Of a stretch of DNA of 64,000 nucleotides, positions 26,541-36,327 are shown one piece after another. The notes beneath the pieces are model-generated. The model saw nothing but the letters and a program-made list of their open reading frames with translations, was not told the DNA's origin and did no database searches. A program made the position numbers and the translations under genes. The stretch is from the NCBI GenBank assembly GCA_937888725.1, contig CALARE010000005.1, forward strand, positions 2,884 through 66,883, in the 5' to 3' direction. The stretch's first letter is position 1; every line of letters starts with the position of its first letter. The DNA comes from an uncultured Alphaproteobacteria bacterium (GTDB lineage: Bacteria; Pseudomonadota; Alphaproteobacteria; CAAHEQ01; UBA3637).

Positions 26541-28235
26541 TTATTTTTTGTAAATGGGCCATTGTCCGTGAATGACGTTTTCAAGTGATTCTAAAGATGA
26601 TTTTGTAAGAGAATTATAAATCCAATAATTAACCATAATTCTTTCAACAAATCCGCGTGTTTCTTTTGATGGGATGCTTTCGATAAATAAAAGAGGATCA
26701 TCTTGATAAATCATTTGTTTTTTCCACTTAATTAAATTGCCAGGACCAGCATTATAGGCAACAGCGGTGAATATGAGATTGTAATTAATGGCGGGTAATT
26801 CCATCAGATAAAGCAAATAATTTTGACCCAGTGCTAGATTGTAGGATTCGTTTTCCATTTTTGTAAGGTTAAATTTGATATCACTCATTTTGGCAATAAC
26901 TTTTGCAGTTTGAGGCATAATTTGCATCAATCCTCTTGCACCAACAATGCTTTTTGCACGTTTGTTAAAACAAGATTCTTGTCTAACAAAGGCATAAACA
27001 AGTTCTTTTTTGACTTGCCAGTTGTTTAATGGTGTCCAATTTGGTAAAGGGAATCTTTCTTTCGTGTCTAATGAAACACCCGCCAATGACGTGAGTTCTT
27101 TATAAAATCCTTTTTTTCGAGCCAAATTGATAAGTTTTTCTTTTTTTTGTTTGTCTAAACTTAAATAAAGAGCGGTTAGTTCTTTTTCAGCTAATAGTGT
27201 TTTGCCAACTTGTTTTAAGGCATAAAAACGATTAAGGGCAGGGTGTGAGAATGATGTTTTTTCGATTACTTCTGGATGTGCTTCTTCATCTAATATATTT
27301 TCTAAATGATCGCCCATCATATAAAGAGCCATTAGACCATAAAAAGTTCTTGGTTGGCCTGCTGCTAGCTCAAGGTAATCCCCCACTTTTTGAAATTCAC
27401 CTTGTTTTAGATAGGCTCTTGCTGCCCAAAATCCAGCACTAGATCTTAATAAAGGATATCCTTCATCATGTTGGGCGGCTGTTGAAAAATAAGAGGCGGC
27501 ATCATCGTAATCTTGTTTCCGCCAAGAAGAAAGACCCGCTGTCCAATGAGCAAGTGGTAGTGTATCACCAGAGCCAGAGATGGCTTTTTTTGCGTACTTG
27601 AGAGCATCATCGTCATTGCCATCTAGAAAAAATGAAAAAGCAATGGCGGTATAAACAATATCGATATCTTTTTGATTAAATAATTTTTGTGTTTTTGTAT
27701 TCTCAAGTAATTTAATAGCTTTATCGAGTCGTTTGCTCTCAATGTAGCCTTTTAAATGTTTTGAAATGTTTTGGGCTTGTTTTTTTTGGTTGGTGCCTAA
27801 ATATGAAAATTTTTGTCTGGCAACCAGATTAATCGGTTCGTCCCGTCTAACATAGGAGCAAGAACCTGCTTGACTGCCATAAACGGGATCTTTTGGGGCT
27901 TTTGAAGATATGTGGAATTTTTTTCTTTTTCCAAGGGAGTAAACGTCATTTGCGATAGGCAGGTGTTTATATTTTTGTAAAAAAGAATTTACTTCTTGAG
28001 AAGACGTTTTATACTTTGGTGAAAAATACTTGTCATATAACACATAACCTTTTAATACGTTGTTTGAAAGCTTATTCTCCAAACTTTTTGCTGTAATGTA
28101 ATGTCCCCTTTGGTGTGCAGCAAAAATTTGTTTGTAAAGCTTTACGTCCGCTTTGTTAAGAACGGACGCGTTAGCAATAGTTGTGGTAAAAACAATAAAA
28201 GCAAGTGCTAATGAACGTAAAAACAGTTTTTTCAT
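26541..28235 (-). CDS. slt: Soluble lytic murein transglycosylase (Slt70-like)
   Basis: Signal peptide. A long helical, superhelix-like N-terminal region. C-terminal SLT domain with the catalytic motif RQESCFNKRAKSIVGARGLMQIMPQTA and AYNAGPGN. Confidence 0.85.
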   Translation of the reverse strand: MKKLFLRSLALAFIVFTTTIANASVLNKADVKLYKQIFAAHQRGHYITAKSLENKLSNNVLKGYVLYDKYFSPKYKTSSQEVNSFLQKYKHLPIANDVYSLGKRKKFHISSKAPKDPVYGSQAGSCSYVRRDEPINLVARQKFSYLGTNQKKQAQNISKHLKGYIESKRLDKAIKLLENTKTQKLFNQKDIDIVYTAIAFSFFLDGNDDDALKYAKKAISGSGDTLPLAHWTAGLSSWRKQDYDDAASYFSTAAQHDEGYPLLRSSAGFWAARAYLKQGEFQKVGDYLELAAGQPRTFYGLMALYMMGDHLENILDEEAHPEVIEKTSFSHPALNRFYALKQVGKTLLAEKELTALYLSLDKQKKEKLINLARKKGFYKELTSLAGVSLDTKERFPLPNWTPLNNWQVKKELVYAFVRQESCFNKRAKSIVGARGLMQIMPQTAKVIAKMSDIKFNLTKMENESYNLALGQNYLLYLMELPAINYNLIFTAVAYNAGPGNLIKWKKQMIYQDDPLLFIESIPSKETRGFVERIMVNYWIYNSLTKSSLESLENVIHGQWPIYKK

Positions 28236-28841
28236 CTACTTTACAATATATTTCACAAGCTGTTTACATTCTGCATTGCTAATACCTTCAGCAACACATT
28301 TTTTCACTTCTACACCAGCGGTTTGAGCAAGGTTTTGACAGCTTTTCCCTAGTAAAAAGATGTTGCCAGTTACTGAATTTCCGCTTGCAACAGGGACAAA
28401 GGCATAATTGATTTTTACTTCTCCATATTGAAGACGTAACTCAATTGTTTTTAAGTTATATTTTGTTTGATTTTCAAGTGTCAAAGAACCTTTGCAAAAT
28501 TGATCTGATGGTGATGTTGGAGGGGTGATTATCGTTATATCATGAGGATGGATTTCAAAAAAACCATTTTTAGCTTCTTCTTTTTTTTCATTCTTTTCTG
28601 TTTTTTTGGGTTCTTCAATTGGTTTTTTAATCGTTTCAACTTCTTTAAAGCCATCGTCTTCTTTTACAATTGGTTGATTGATATTAACCTCTGTATCAAA
28701 TAGTTTGGCAGGTTGGGTTGCTTTTTCTTCCTTTGGGGCATTTCTTTTGGCTAAATCAGGAAAAAGTGCTTCAGTTGCATAGGTATTCGTTGTCCCTAAT
28801 AAAGTTAAAATACAAGCAGTTAATAAAAAATATTTTCTCAT
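28236..28841 (-). CDS. Hypothetical secreted protein
   Basis: Signal peptide MRKYFLLTACILTLLGTTNTYA. The stop abuts the slt start with no gap, which suggests an operon. Confidence 0.5.
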   Translation of the reverse strand: MRKYFLLTACILTLLGTTNTYATEALFPDLAKRNAPKEEKATQPAKLFDTEVNINQPIVKEDDGFKEVETIKKPIEEPKKTEKNEKKEEAKNGFFEIHPHDITIITPPTSPSDQFCKGSLTLENQTKYNLKTIELRLQYGEVKINYAFVPVASGNSVTGNIFLLGKSCQNLAQTAGVEVKKCVAEGISNAECKQLVKYIVK

Positions 28842-28928
28842 CTTTAACCTCTCTTTACATTTTGTTGTTTTTAAGGTATGCTAGTTGCTAATTAGTGTTC
28901 TATTAAATATTAAAGGAAACAATTTTAA

Positions 28929-30308
28929 ATGGCAAGATTTTTTTTCTGTGGGATTGGTGGCATTGGTATGAGTGCAATTGCACTTTATCTTAAAAAGTTG
29001 GGACATGACGTCTTGGGATCAGATAGATCGTTTGATATGGGTAAAAATTATCAAATGAGAGATCGGTTGTTGTCAAATGGGATTGTGTTATTTCCGCAAG
29101 ATGGTAGTGGTATTAATCAACAAATAGACGTATTTGTCGTTTCTTCAGCAGTTGAATCTTCAATTATAGATGTGAAAAAAGCACTTGATTTTGATTTGAA
29201 AATTAAAAAACGTGCCGAAGTATTGGCTGATATTTTTCATACTTTTTCAAAACGTATTGCAGTTGCAGGAACAAGCGGAAAAACAACGGTGACGGCAATG
29301 ACGGCTCATATTTTGTATCAGTTGGATAAATCGCCCGTGATGATAAATGGTGGAATTAGTCTTAATTCATATCACAATGAGCCATTGTCTAACTTGATTT
29401 TTGATACAAAAGATACCTGTGTGATTGAAGCTGATGAATCCGATGGATCCATTAATCTTTATACGCCCTATATTTCTGTTTTAACAAATGTGTCGCTGGA
29501 CCATAAGCCGTTGGATGAAATCAAGCCTTTGTTTGAGGCGTTTTTAGCTCGTTCACAAAAAGGTTGTGTGATTAACAATGATTGTAAAGAAACAAAAAAT
29601 CTTGTGTTGCCTAAAAGTGATATTGTTTCATTTTCGATTGAAAAAGAGCCGTCATCGACGTTGTTTGCCTCGTGTGTGCGTCAAACAAGCGAGGGGATTT
29701 TGTTTTACCTAAATGGTAGGGAATATTGTTTACCCTTTATCGGTGTGCATAATTTGGCAAATGCGTTGGCTGCTGTGGGGGCTTGTATGTTGATGGGGCT
29801 CAATATAGATGATGCTTTGAATGCACTTAAAACATTTAAAGGAACAATGAGACGCCTTGAAAAAGTGGGTGTTACAAATGGAATGACCGTCATTGATGAT
29901 TATGCACATAATGAAGAAAAAATTAAAGCCTCTTTGCGTGCATTAAAAGAAATGGCATCAAATTTATTTATTGTGTATCAACCACATGGTTTTGCCCCGC
30001 TTAAATTGATGAAAGATGGATTGATACAAATGCTTCAAAATGAGTTAAAAGATAATATTCATTGGTTGCAGTTGCCTGTTTATTATGTAGGGGGGACGGT
30101 TGAAAAAACGATTTCATCACAGGATATTGTTTTTCCTTTACAAAAACAGGGTAAAAAAGCATTTTGTTTTGAAACAAGAAATGAAGTGATAGATTACCTT
30201 TTAAAAAATGTGAAAAGTCAAGATGTTGTTGCCGTGATGGGGGCAAGAGATGACACATTATCACTTTTTGCAAAAGAAATTTTTAATCAAATGGGAGAAA
30301 TAAAATGA
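28929..30308 (+). CDS. Mur ligase, MurC/Mpl family; genomic context suggests the Mpl-type recycling ligase
   Basis: GIGGIGMSAIA N-terminal Rossmann motif, AGTSGKTT P-loop, EADESDGS and DDYAHN. The stop overlaps the ldcA start (ATGA). Confidence 0.8.
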   Translation: MARFFFCGIGGIGMSAIALYLKKLGHDVLGSDRSFDMGKNYQMRDRLLSNGIVLFPQDGSGINQQIDVFVVSSAVESSIIDVKKALDFDLKIKKRAEVLADIFHTFSKRIAVAGTSGKTTVTAMTAHILYQLDKSPVMINGGISLNSYHNEPLSNLIFDTKDTCVIEADESDGSINLYTPYISVLTNVSLDHKPLDEIKPLFEAFLARSQKGCVINNDCKETKNLVLPKSDIVSFSIEKEPSSTLFASCVRQTSEGILFYLNGREYCLPFIGVHNLANALAAVGACMLMGLNIDDALNALKTFKGTMRRLEKVGVTNGMTVIDDYAHNEEKIKASLRALKEMASNLFIVYQPHGFAPLKLMKDGLIQMLQNELKDNIHWLQLPVYYVGGTVEKTISSQDIVFPLQKQGKKAFCFETRNEVIDYLLKNVKSQDVVAVMGARDDTLSLFAKEIFNQMGEIK

Positions 30309-31174
30309 CAGTTGTAACCATTGTCGCACCTGCTTCGCCAGCACCAAGCACTCAAAAAAAAATAATTGAAAAATTTTTTAAAGATGAAGGATTTGAAGTT
30401 CAGTTTGCACCGCATGTGTTTGATAATGAACGTTATTTAGCTGGTTCTGATATGGATAGGGCTCAAGATTTGAATTGGGCATTAACAGATGAAAAAACGG
30501 ATATTGTTATAGCTTTGCGAGGGGGATATGGTTCTCCAAGGTTGTTGGACAAATTAGATTATGAAAAGATTAAAAAAGCTAATAAACCTTTTTTTGGGTT
30601 CAGTGATAATACAGCATTGCAATTAGCACTTTATAAAAAATGTAAAATGGTAACTTTTACAGGCTTTAATGCAGATTGTGCTGTAAAGGGTGTTGGGGAT
30701 ATGTTGTTATCTACTTTTCGAGGAGCTATCCAAAAAAAAAGGATGAAAATTGAAAATTTAACAACGCTTGTTTCGGGGCAATCTTCGGGCGTTGTTTTGG
30801 GTGGAACGTTAACAATGCTTGTTGGTTTAATGGGGACACCCTATATGCCAAAATTGGATAATGTGTTGCTTGTGGTGGAGGAGGTTCACGAATCCCCGTA
30901 CCGTATTGATAGGATGCTTAATCAATTGCGATTAGGTGGATATTTGGATAACCTTGCAGGGGTTATATTATCTTCATGTGCAGACTGTACCCCAAAAGAT
31001 GTAGCTGATGGCGATGTTTTAACAGTGTTTAAGGATTATTTTGCTCATTTAGGTGTGCCAGTGGTAACTAATTTCCCTTATGGACATATACCCGACAGAA
31101 TTGTCTTTCCAATGGGACAAAAAGCCGTTTTAGATGCCGATAATGGTCGATTAATTTTTGATAAATATAAATAA
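30305..31174 (+). CDS. ldcA: Muramoyltetrapeptide LD-carboxypeptidase (peptidase S66)
   Basis: RGGYGSPRLL, nucleophile motif FGFSDNTAL, EEVHESPYRIDRMLNQL, and a distal GH. Confidence 0.85.
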   Translation: MTVVTIVAPASPAPSTQKKIIEKFFKDEGFEVQFAPHVFDNERYLAGSDMDRAQDLNWALTDEKTDIVIALRGGYGSPRLLDKLDYEKIKKANKPFFGFSDNTALQLALYKKCKMVTFTGFNADCAVKGVGDMLLSTFRGAIQKKRMKIENLTTLVSGQSSGVVLGGTLTMLVGLMGTPYMPKLDNVLLVVEEVHESPYRIDRMLNQLRLGGYLDNLAGVILSSCADCTPKDVADGDVLTVFKDYFAHLGVPVVTNFPYGHIPDRIVFPMGQKAVLDADNGRLIFDKYK

Positions 31175-31185
31175 AAGGATAAAAA

Positions 31186-33447
31186 ATGCAAACAGAGCTT
31201 TTAGCACCAGCGGGGGATAAAGAAGCAGCATATAGTGCTTTGTATTTTGGAGCAGATGCTATCTATTTGGGATTAAAACATTTTTCTGCTCGGGCGGAAG
31301 CGGTTAATTTTGTTCGGTCTGATTTAGATGAAATAACAGCTTACGCACATCATTTAGGGAAAAAGGTTTATGTTGCGATTAATACCCTTATGCAAGAAGA
31401 CGAGTTACCCCAATTAATGGAAAGTTTGCACATGTGTTCTGATTGTCATGTTGATGCGGTTATTGTGCAAGATTTAGGGGTTGCCAGATTGGTAAAAAGA
31501 TGTTTCCCTTCACTTGCATTACATGCTAGTACACAAATGGCCGTTCATAACTTGGCAGGAGCCTTGGCACTTAAAAAACAAGGTTTTGAGCGTGTGGTTT
31601 TGGCTCGTGAGCTTTCTTTAAATGAAATTTTGCATATTAAAGAAAAAGCAGGCGTTGAAATAGAGGTTTTTATCCATGGTGCCTTGTGTTATTCATATAG
31701 TGGATTATGTCTTTTTTCATCTTTGACAACAGCACGGAGTGCAAATCGAGGTAAATGTGTTTATTCTTGTAGAGGATTGTTCGAAAGAGATGGTGAAAAA
31801 TCACACCTTTTTTCAATGAAAGATTTGGCCCTTGAAAAAGAAGTTCTAAAATTAAAAGGGATTTCACTTAAAATTGAAGGACGCAAAAAAACAGCATTAT
31901 ACGTTGGTGCGGTGACAGATTATTATCGTCGTATTTTGGATACAGGTAAGGTCGATTTAAAATTAACGGATAATTTGAAACAAATCTTTGCCCGTCCTTG
32001 GACAAAACTTCACTTTCAAGGGAAAAACAAATCAGTTATTGATGAAACATTTGTAGGGCATCGTGGTCTTTTAATCGGTTCGGTTGAAAGTGTTGTGAAT
32101 AAAGATTTAACCTTTCGTACAGCTCATTCGATAGAAAGGTATGATGGCATACAAATTGATATTCAAGGTGTAGAACGACCTTTTGGTTTTTCAGCTGAAA
32201 AGTTGATTGTTAATAAAAAAAGTGTTTTTGAGGTGCAAAAAGGGCAAAAGGTGACAATTAAATTGCCACAAAATACACCCTTTATCAAAAAAGGCAGTGC
32301 TGTTTATTTGGCCTCATCAACGAAGGTAAAAGGGGCATATTCATATTCAAAACCAAAGCCAAAAGAATTTATCAATCAAGTGGGAATAGATGTTTCTGTG
32401 TTTATTGAAAAAGACGGGATAACAGCTTGTGCTCAGGATAAAACGGTAACCATTAATGAGGTGTTTTCTCCTGCAAAACAACCAGAAAAAGTATATGAAA
32501 ATGTTAATGCTAGCTTTTCAAAAACAGCTGATTTACCCTTTAAATTAAATAATCTTTATCTTGAAAATGAAAAGAAATTATTTGTTCCGCTCTCTATTTT
32601 AAATGAATTAAGACGGCAACTTTATACACAAATTAATGTATTTACAAAAATGCCTAAGATGCCGATTTACACATTCAAAAAAACGAAAAACGGCAAACAA
32701 AAATGGAGTCTTAAAACAGATCAAATTCATTTGTTTAAAGATATTGATTTGTCAATATTTGATCAGATTATTATTGATGTAAATTCTCAATTAAAGGAAT
32801 CTGATTTTAATTTTGTACCAAAAGAGAAAATCGTTTTGGCATTACCAGCAATTATGCGACCACAAGAAAAGTGGCAAAAATTAGCTCAAACCTTTTTTGA
32901 TAAGGGATATCATACTTGGTTGATTGGTAATATTTCAGGGCTTTCAATTTTGCCAACAAAAGCTGAGATTTATTTTGATAACACCATTGGTGTTTTAAAT
33001 ACGCAAACGGCAGCCTATCTTTTTGAACAAAAAATAAAAGGATTTACCTTTAGCGTTGAAGATTGTGCTCAAAATATTCAAAAATTGGCAAAGGAAATAC
33101 CAAATACAACATTGGTTGTTTATCAAGATATTCCTTTGTTTATTTCGGCAAATTGTGTGCGTAAAAATAGTTGTGAGATGTGTTCTCATCAAATACAAGT
33201 AGACACCATCAAAAATGGGAAAGATGCATTTTTAATGATTTCAAAAGAGTGTCAAACAATTGTTATGCGGCAAACGCCTTTTTACATTGCACCTGAAGCA
33301 AAACAAATCGACGCAGATTTTTATCGTTTAGATTTTTGTAACCGATTATACAAAAAAGATGAAATTTTATCAATTATACAAAAAGCACTGGACCATGAAC
33401 CGCTTAAAAATGTTTTTACCGCTAATTTTAAGAAGAATTTTGCTTAA
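31186..33447 (+). CDS. U32-family peptidase with a long C-terminal extension
   Basis: N-terminus ELLAPAGDKEAAYSALYFGADAIYLGLKHFSARA and motifs typical of peptidase U32: EVFIHGALCYSYSGLC and SANRGKC. Confidence 0.8.
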   Translation: MQTELLAPAGDKEAAYSALYFGADAIYLGLKHFSARAEAVNFVRSDLDEITAYAHHLGKKVYVAINTLMQEDELPQLMESLHMCSDCHVDAVIVQDLGVARLVKRCFPSLALHASTQMAVHNLAGALALKKQGFERVVLARELSLNEILHIKEKAGVEIEVFIHGALCYSYSGLCLFSSLTTARSANRGKCVYSCRGLFERDGEKSHLFSMKDLALEKEVLKLKGISLKIEGRKKTALYVGAVTDYYRRILDTGKVDLKLTDNLKQIFARPWTKLHFQGKNKSVIDETFVGHRGLLIGSVESVVNKDLTFRTAHSIERYDGIQIDIQGVERPFGFSAEKLIVNKKSVFEVQKGQKVTIKLPQNTPFIKKGSAVYLASSTKVKGAYSYSKPKPKEFINQVGIDVSVFIEKDGITACAQDKTVTINEVFSPAKQPEKVYENVNASFSKTADLPFKLNNLYLENEKKLFVPLSILNELRRQLYTQINVFTKMPKMPIYTFKKTKNGKQKWSLKTDQIHLFKDIDLSIFDQIIIDVNSQLKESDFNFVPKEKIVLALPAIMRPQEKWQKLAQTFFDKGYHTWLIGNISGLSILPTKAEIYFDNTIGVLNTQTAAYLFEQKIKGFTFSVEDCAQNIQKLAKEIPNTTLVVYQDIPLFISANCVRKNSCEMCSHQIQVDTIKNGKDAFLMISKECQTIVMRQTPFYIAPEAKQIDADFYRLDFCNRLYKKDEILSIIQKALDHEPLKNVFTANFKKNFA

Positions 33448-33512
33448 CTATTGATTTTTTAAGATAAAATATGCATAGTATAATTTGTCGGATATGAGAA
33501 GGAGAAAATAAG

Positions 33513-34319
33513 ATGATTAAATTTATTTTAAAAACAATTTTGATTTTGTTGCTATTAATAATTATGGCTTTAATTGGTGTGTATTTTTATGCGGGTGAGA
33601 TTGTGAAAAAAGCAGTCGAAACATATGTGCCACAGGTAACTCAAACATCAGCAGAGCTAAAAGGAATGGATTTATCTTTATTTAAAGGCGAAGTTTCTTT
33701 AAATGGATTGACAATTGGGAATGTCAAAGGTTATCAATCGCCTGATGTATTTTCTGTAAAAAAGATTTATGTTAAATTTGATCCGAAATCAGTTTTAACA
33801 GAAAAAATTGTTATTAATCAAATTTTGATTGATGGAACGCATGTTTCTGCTGAGGCAACTTATAAAGATGGTCAAATAACATCAAACTTAACAACGCTTA
33901 AAAATAATGTTGATACATTTATCAAAAAATCATCAAATCAATCAACGGCACCTAAAAAAGAGGTGAAAAAAGAAAGTACTGTGAAATCTTCATCACCATC
34001 TAAAACAGTTGTGATTAAAGATTTGCAGATTAATAATTCAAATGTAACGGTTGGTTTACTTAATCAAGCAATGGATATTCCTTTGCCAAATATTCAACAA
34101 AAAAATATTGGTGAAAAAGGTCAAAAAACAACCTTAAAAGATGTTGCTGTGATGGTGTTTGATATGATTTCTGTTGAAAGCATTAAAGCCACAGCAAAAG
34201 GCGTACAAGAACTTTTGAAAAAAAGTGCTGAGGAAGCATTAAGTGGTGCAAAAGGCTTGGTTGATGATGCTAAAGAAAGCTCTAAAAATCTGATTGACAA
34301 AGTAAAGGGAATTTTTTAA
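33513..34319 (+). CDS. N-terminally anchored hypothetical protein, AsmA/DUF748-like
   Basis: TM ILKTILILLLLIIMALIGVYFY, followed by repeated G-x-hydrophobic-x-hydrophobic-x-G-hydrophobic-x-I beta-rich segments (GEVSLNGLTIGNVKGY..., IVINQILIDG). Weak assignment. Confidence 0.4.
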   Translation: MIKFILKTILILLLLIIMALIGVYFYAGEIVKKAVETYVPQVTQTSAELKGMDLSLFKGEVSLNGLTIGNVKGYQSPDVFSVKKIYVKFDPKSVLTEKIVINQILIDGTHVSAEATYKDGQITSNLTTLKNNVDTFIKKSSNQSTAPKKEVKKESTVKSSSPSKTVVIKDLQINNSNVTVGLLNQAMDIPLPNIQQKNIGEKGQKTTLKDVAVMVFDMISVESIKATAKGVQELLKKSAEEALSGAKGLVDDAKESSKNLIDKVKGIF

Positions 34320-34335
34320 ATTTGCTTATAGAAAA

Positions 34336-34369
34336 TAAAAATCGCCATTTTTTAATGGCGATTTTTTTT
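34336..34369. terminator. Bidirectional rho-independent terminator
   Basis: AAATCGCCATT-ttttt-AATGGCGATTT flanked by an A-run and a T-run. Confidence 0.6.
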
Positions 34370-34388
34370 ATGGCGTATAAGGGAAAAA

Positions 34389-34613
34389 TTATCTATTCCT
34401 ATCATTGTTATGAACGGGTATATTTTCGCGTTCTTCTGTGATGTTTTGACCATTAGAGGCAAGTGCTGACATCAAACCAGATTTTTCTAGTTCTTCATTT
34501 TCGATTTCTTTTTCAGCTTCTACTGTGTTTTTCATATCTGTTTCAGCTTGTGTTGAACCTAAGAGGCCATCAACGAAATCACTAGCGGCTCTTTTTACAT
34601 CTTCATTTGTCAT
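34389..34613 (-). CDS. Small acidic hypothetical protein
   Basis: 74 aa, rich in Glu and Asp. Located 64 bp downstream of hipA on the same strand. GGGGG upstream of the ATG. Confidence 0.4.
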   Translation of the reverse strand: MTNEDVKRAASDFVDGLLGSTQAETDMKNTVEAEKEIENEELEKSGLMSALASNGQNITEERENIPVHNNDRNR

Positions 34614-34676
34614 GCTACCCCCTTATACTTTTGTTTACTATAAATATTATACACCATTTTTTAAAAAAGTGCAACA

Positions 34677-35870
34677 TTAATCGATAGGACCCAAGTTTGT
34701 ATGAATTTGAAATTCTTTTAAATACATTGGGAATCGTGAAAGTGCCCCTTCTACTTGATCGATAATTTCTTTAATTTTTGAAATTGAAAGACCTGATAAT
34801 TTAGCCGTTTGAATAAGATCTTCATTTAAAATATGCCGTCCTTTGCCGTTGACCATGGCGGTTTGTTCGCCATTAATACCTGCAGAGGGAGTAATGTCAA
34901 AAGCAGGTGTCATTTTCCATTGATAATTTTTTGTCATCATAAAAGCAAAGTTTTTTGTGTGGTCGTCTTTGTTGCCAGATTTAACGTTAAAAATCATTAA
35001 ACGCACCATTTTTTCAACTTCACGTTCATCATGTGTTAAATGACTGGTTAGACGTATTAAATTTTCATAATCAAGTGTTGGTATCCTATGGGATGCATGT
35101 AATAATCCGCAGGCACTGTGAACATGGATTTTGTTAATTCCATCTCTATCAAAGCGTTCAGTTGCAAAATGGCCTGCACAATGTTTGGAAGGGAAAAGGT
35201 GTGTTTTTGGCATTTCAACACCAGCTTCTTTTGCCATCAAAGAATAAATATATTCAAGAGCACCCAAATTCCGTTCATCAGAATCAGATGAAAACTTAAT
35301 AATCCAAGGAGAAAATCCATTTATAGCTTCTCGCCCGCTTTTAATTGTTTTAAAATCATCAGAAACAAGGGCTGTAATTTTGGGTCTAGCACCAGCAGTT
35401 GAACCATTAAGGGTACGCAAATGCTCTAAAAGTTCAGAGCTTTCACCTTGTAAGATTTGATCAGCTCCTTCAGAAAGTGTATCTAGTTGCAACTCTGAAA
35501 AATGGGGCTCATCGGGTGTGCTTTCTGGTTCATATTCAAGAGCACCTAATGCTTGTGTCCCAATGATTGAAAGACGATGAAGGGGTGTGATTTCATAATA
35601 AGAAAGGCCCTGTTTTTGCAAGTATCTATCAAGCAACAAACAACCCCAACCATCAGGGAGAGAGTCATTAAAAAGGCCAAACAATCCATCAAAAGTTTGT
35701 TTTTTATCTTCAAAAATTCCAGTTTGTAGAGGAAGCATAAAAGGTGAAAGATTAATCCCTGTTTTTAAAAAAGAAGGTGCATATTCAAATAAAATGGTAT
35801 CTCGCTGTTCTAAAATACCAACAAAAATTCTTTTTTGATAAGCATTTAAAAAAACTTTTAATTTTAGCAT
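34677..35870 (-). CDS. hipA: Type II toxin-antitoxin system HipA-family serine/threonine kinase toxin
   Basis: N-terminal HipA coupling-domain-like region. Catalytic loop GNKDDHTKNFAFM (DDHxKN). AGARPK motif. Confidence 0.85.
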   Translation of the reverse strand: MLKLKVFLNAYQKRIFVGILEQRDTILFEYAPSFLKTGINLSPFMLPLQTGIFEDKKQTFDGLFGLFNDSLPDGWGCLLLDRYLQKQGLSYYEITPLHRLSIIGTQALGALEYEPESTPDEPHFSELQLDTLSEGADQILQGESSELLEHLRTLNGSTAGARPKITALVSDDFKTIKSGREAINGFSPWIIKFSSDSDERNLGALEYIYSLMAKEAGVEMPKTHLFPSKHCAGHFATERFDRDGINKIHVHSACGLLHASHRIPTLDYENLIRLTSHLTHDEREVEKMVRLMIFNVKSGNKDDHTKNFAFMMTKNYQWKMTPAFDITPSAGINGEQTAMVNGKGRHILNEDLIQTAKLSGLSISKIKEIIDQVEGALSRFPMYLKEFQIHTNLGPID

Positions 35871-35880
35871 GCTTTTCCTC

Positions 35881-36183
35881 TTATTTTAATTTGCCACGTT
35901 GTCTTTTTTTGTCATTTAACGCACTTGCGAATAACGAAGATCGATTTGGGGTTGTTTTAAAAAGTGTGTCAAATTCAGAAAGTGCCCCAACTGCATGAGC
36001 TAACTTTAAAAGTGATTCAAGAGAAATTTGCCCAGTAGATTCAAACCGTTTAAGTGACCCTAAACTAACACCAGAGCGAGAGCAAATCCCTTCTTGTGTT
36101 AAATTAAGCTCTAAACGTTTTGTTTTTATGCGATAGGCTAAATCTGTCATAATTTCTGTTGGTGTTTTTAAAATAAAAGTCAT
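35881..36183 (-). CDS. hipB: HTH (XRE-type) antitoxin, HipB-like
   Basis: LNLTQEGICSRSGVSLGSLKRFESTGQISLESLLKLAHAVG. Located 10 bp upstream of hipA. Confidence 0.7.
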   Translation of the reverse strand: MTFILKTPTEIMTDLAYRIKTKRLELNLTQEGICSRSGVSLGSLKRFESTGQISLESLLKLAHAVGALSEFDTLFKTTPNRSSLFASALNDKKRQRGKLK

Positions 36184-36220
36184 TATATTATCCGTTAAAG
36201 TTGTTTGTGCTACTCTATAT

Positions 36221-36249
36221 ATAATATATTATCTTTTAGTTTTTGTCAA
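36221..36249 (-). promoter_or_regulatory. Putative sigma-70 promoter of hipBA
   Basis: On the minus strand: TTGACA (36249-36244), a 17-nt spacer, then TATTAT (36226-36221). Confidence 0.4.
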
Positions 36250-36327
36250 GAAAAATCGTATCATAAAGCTATAAGCAAATTAAAATGCTAAGCAAAGAGC
36301 GTATCAGAGATATAAATATCGTAATTA

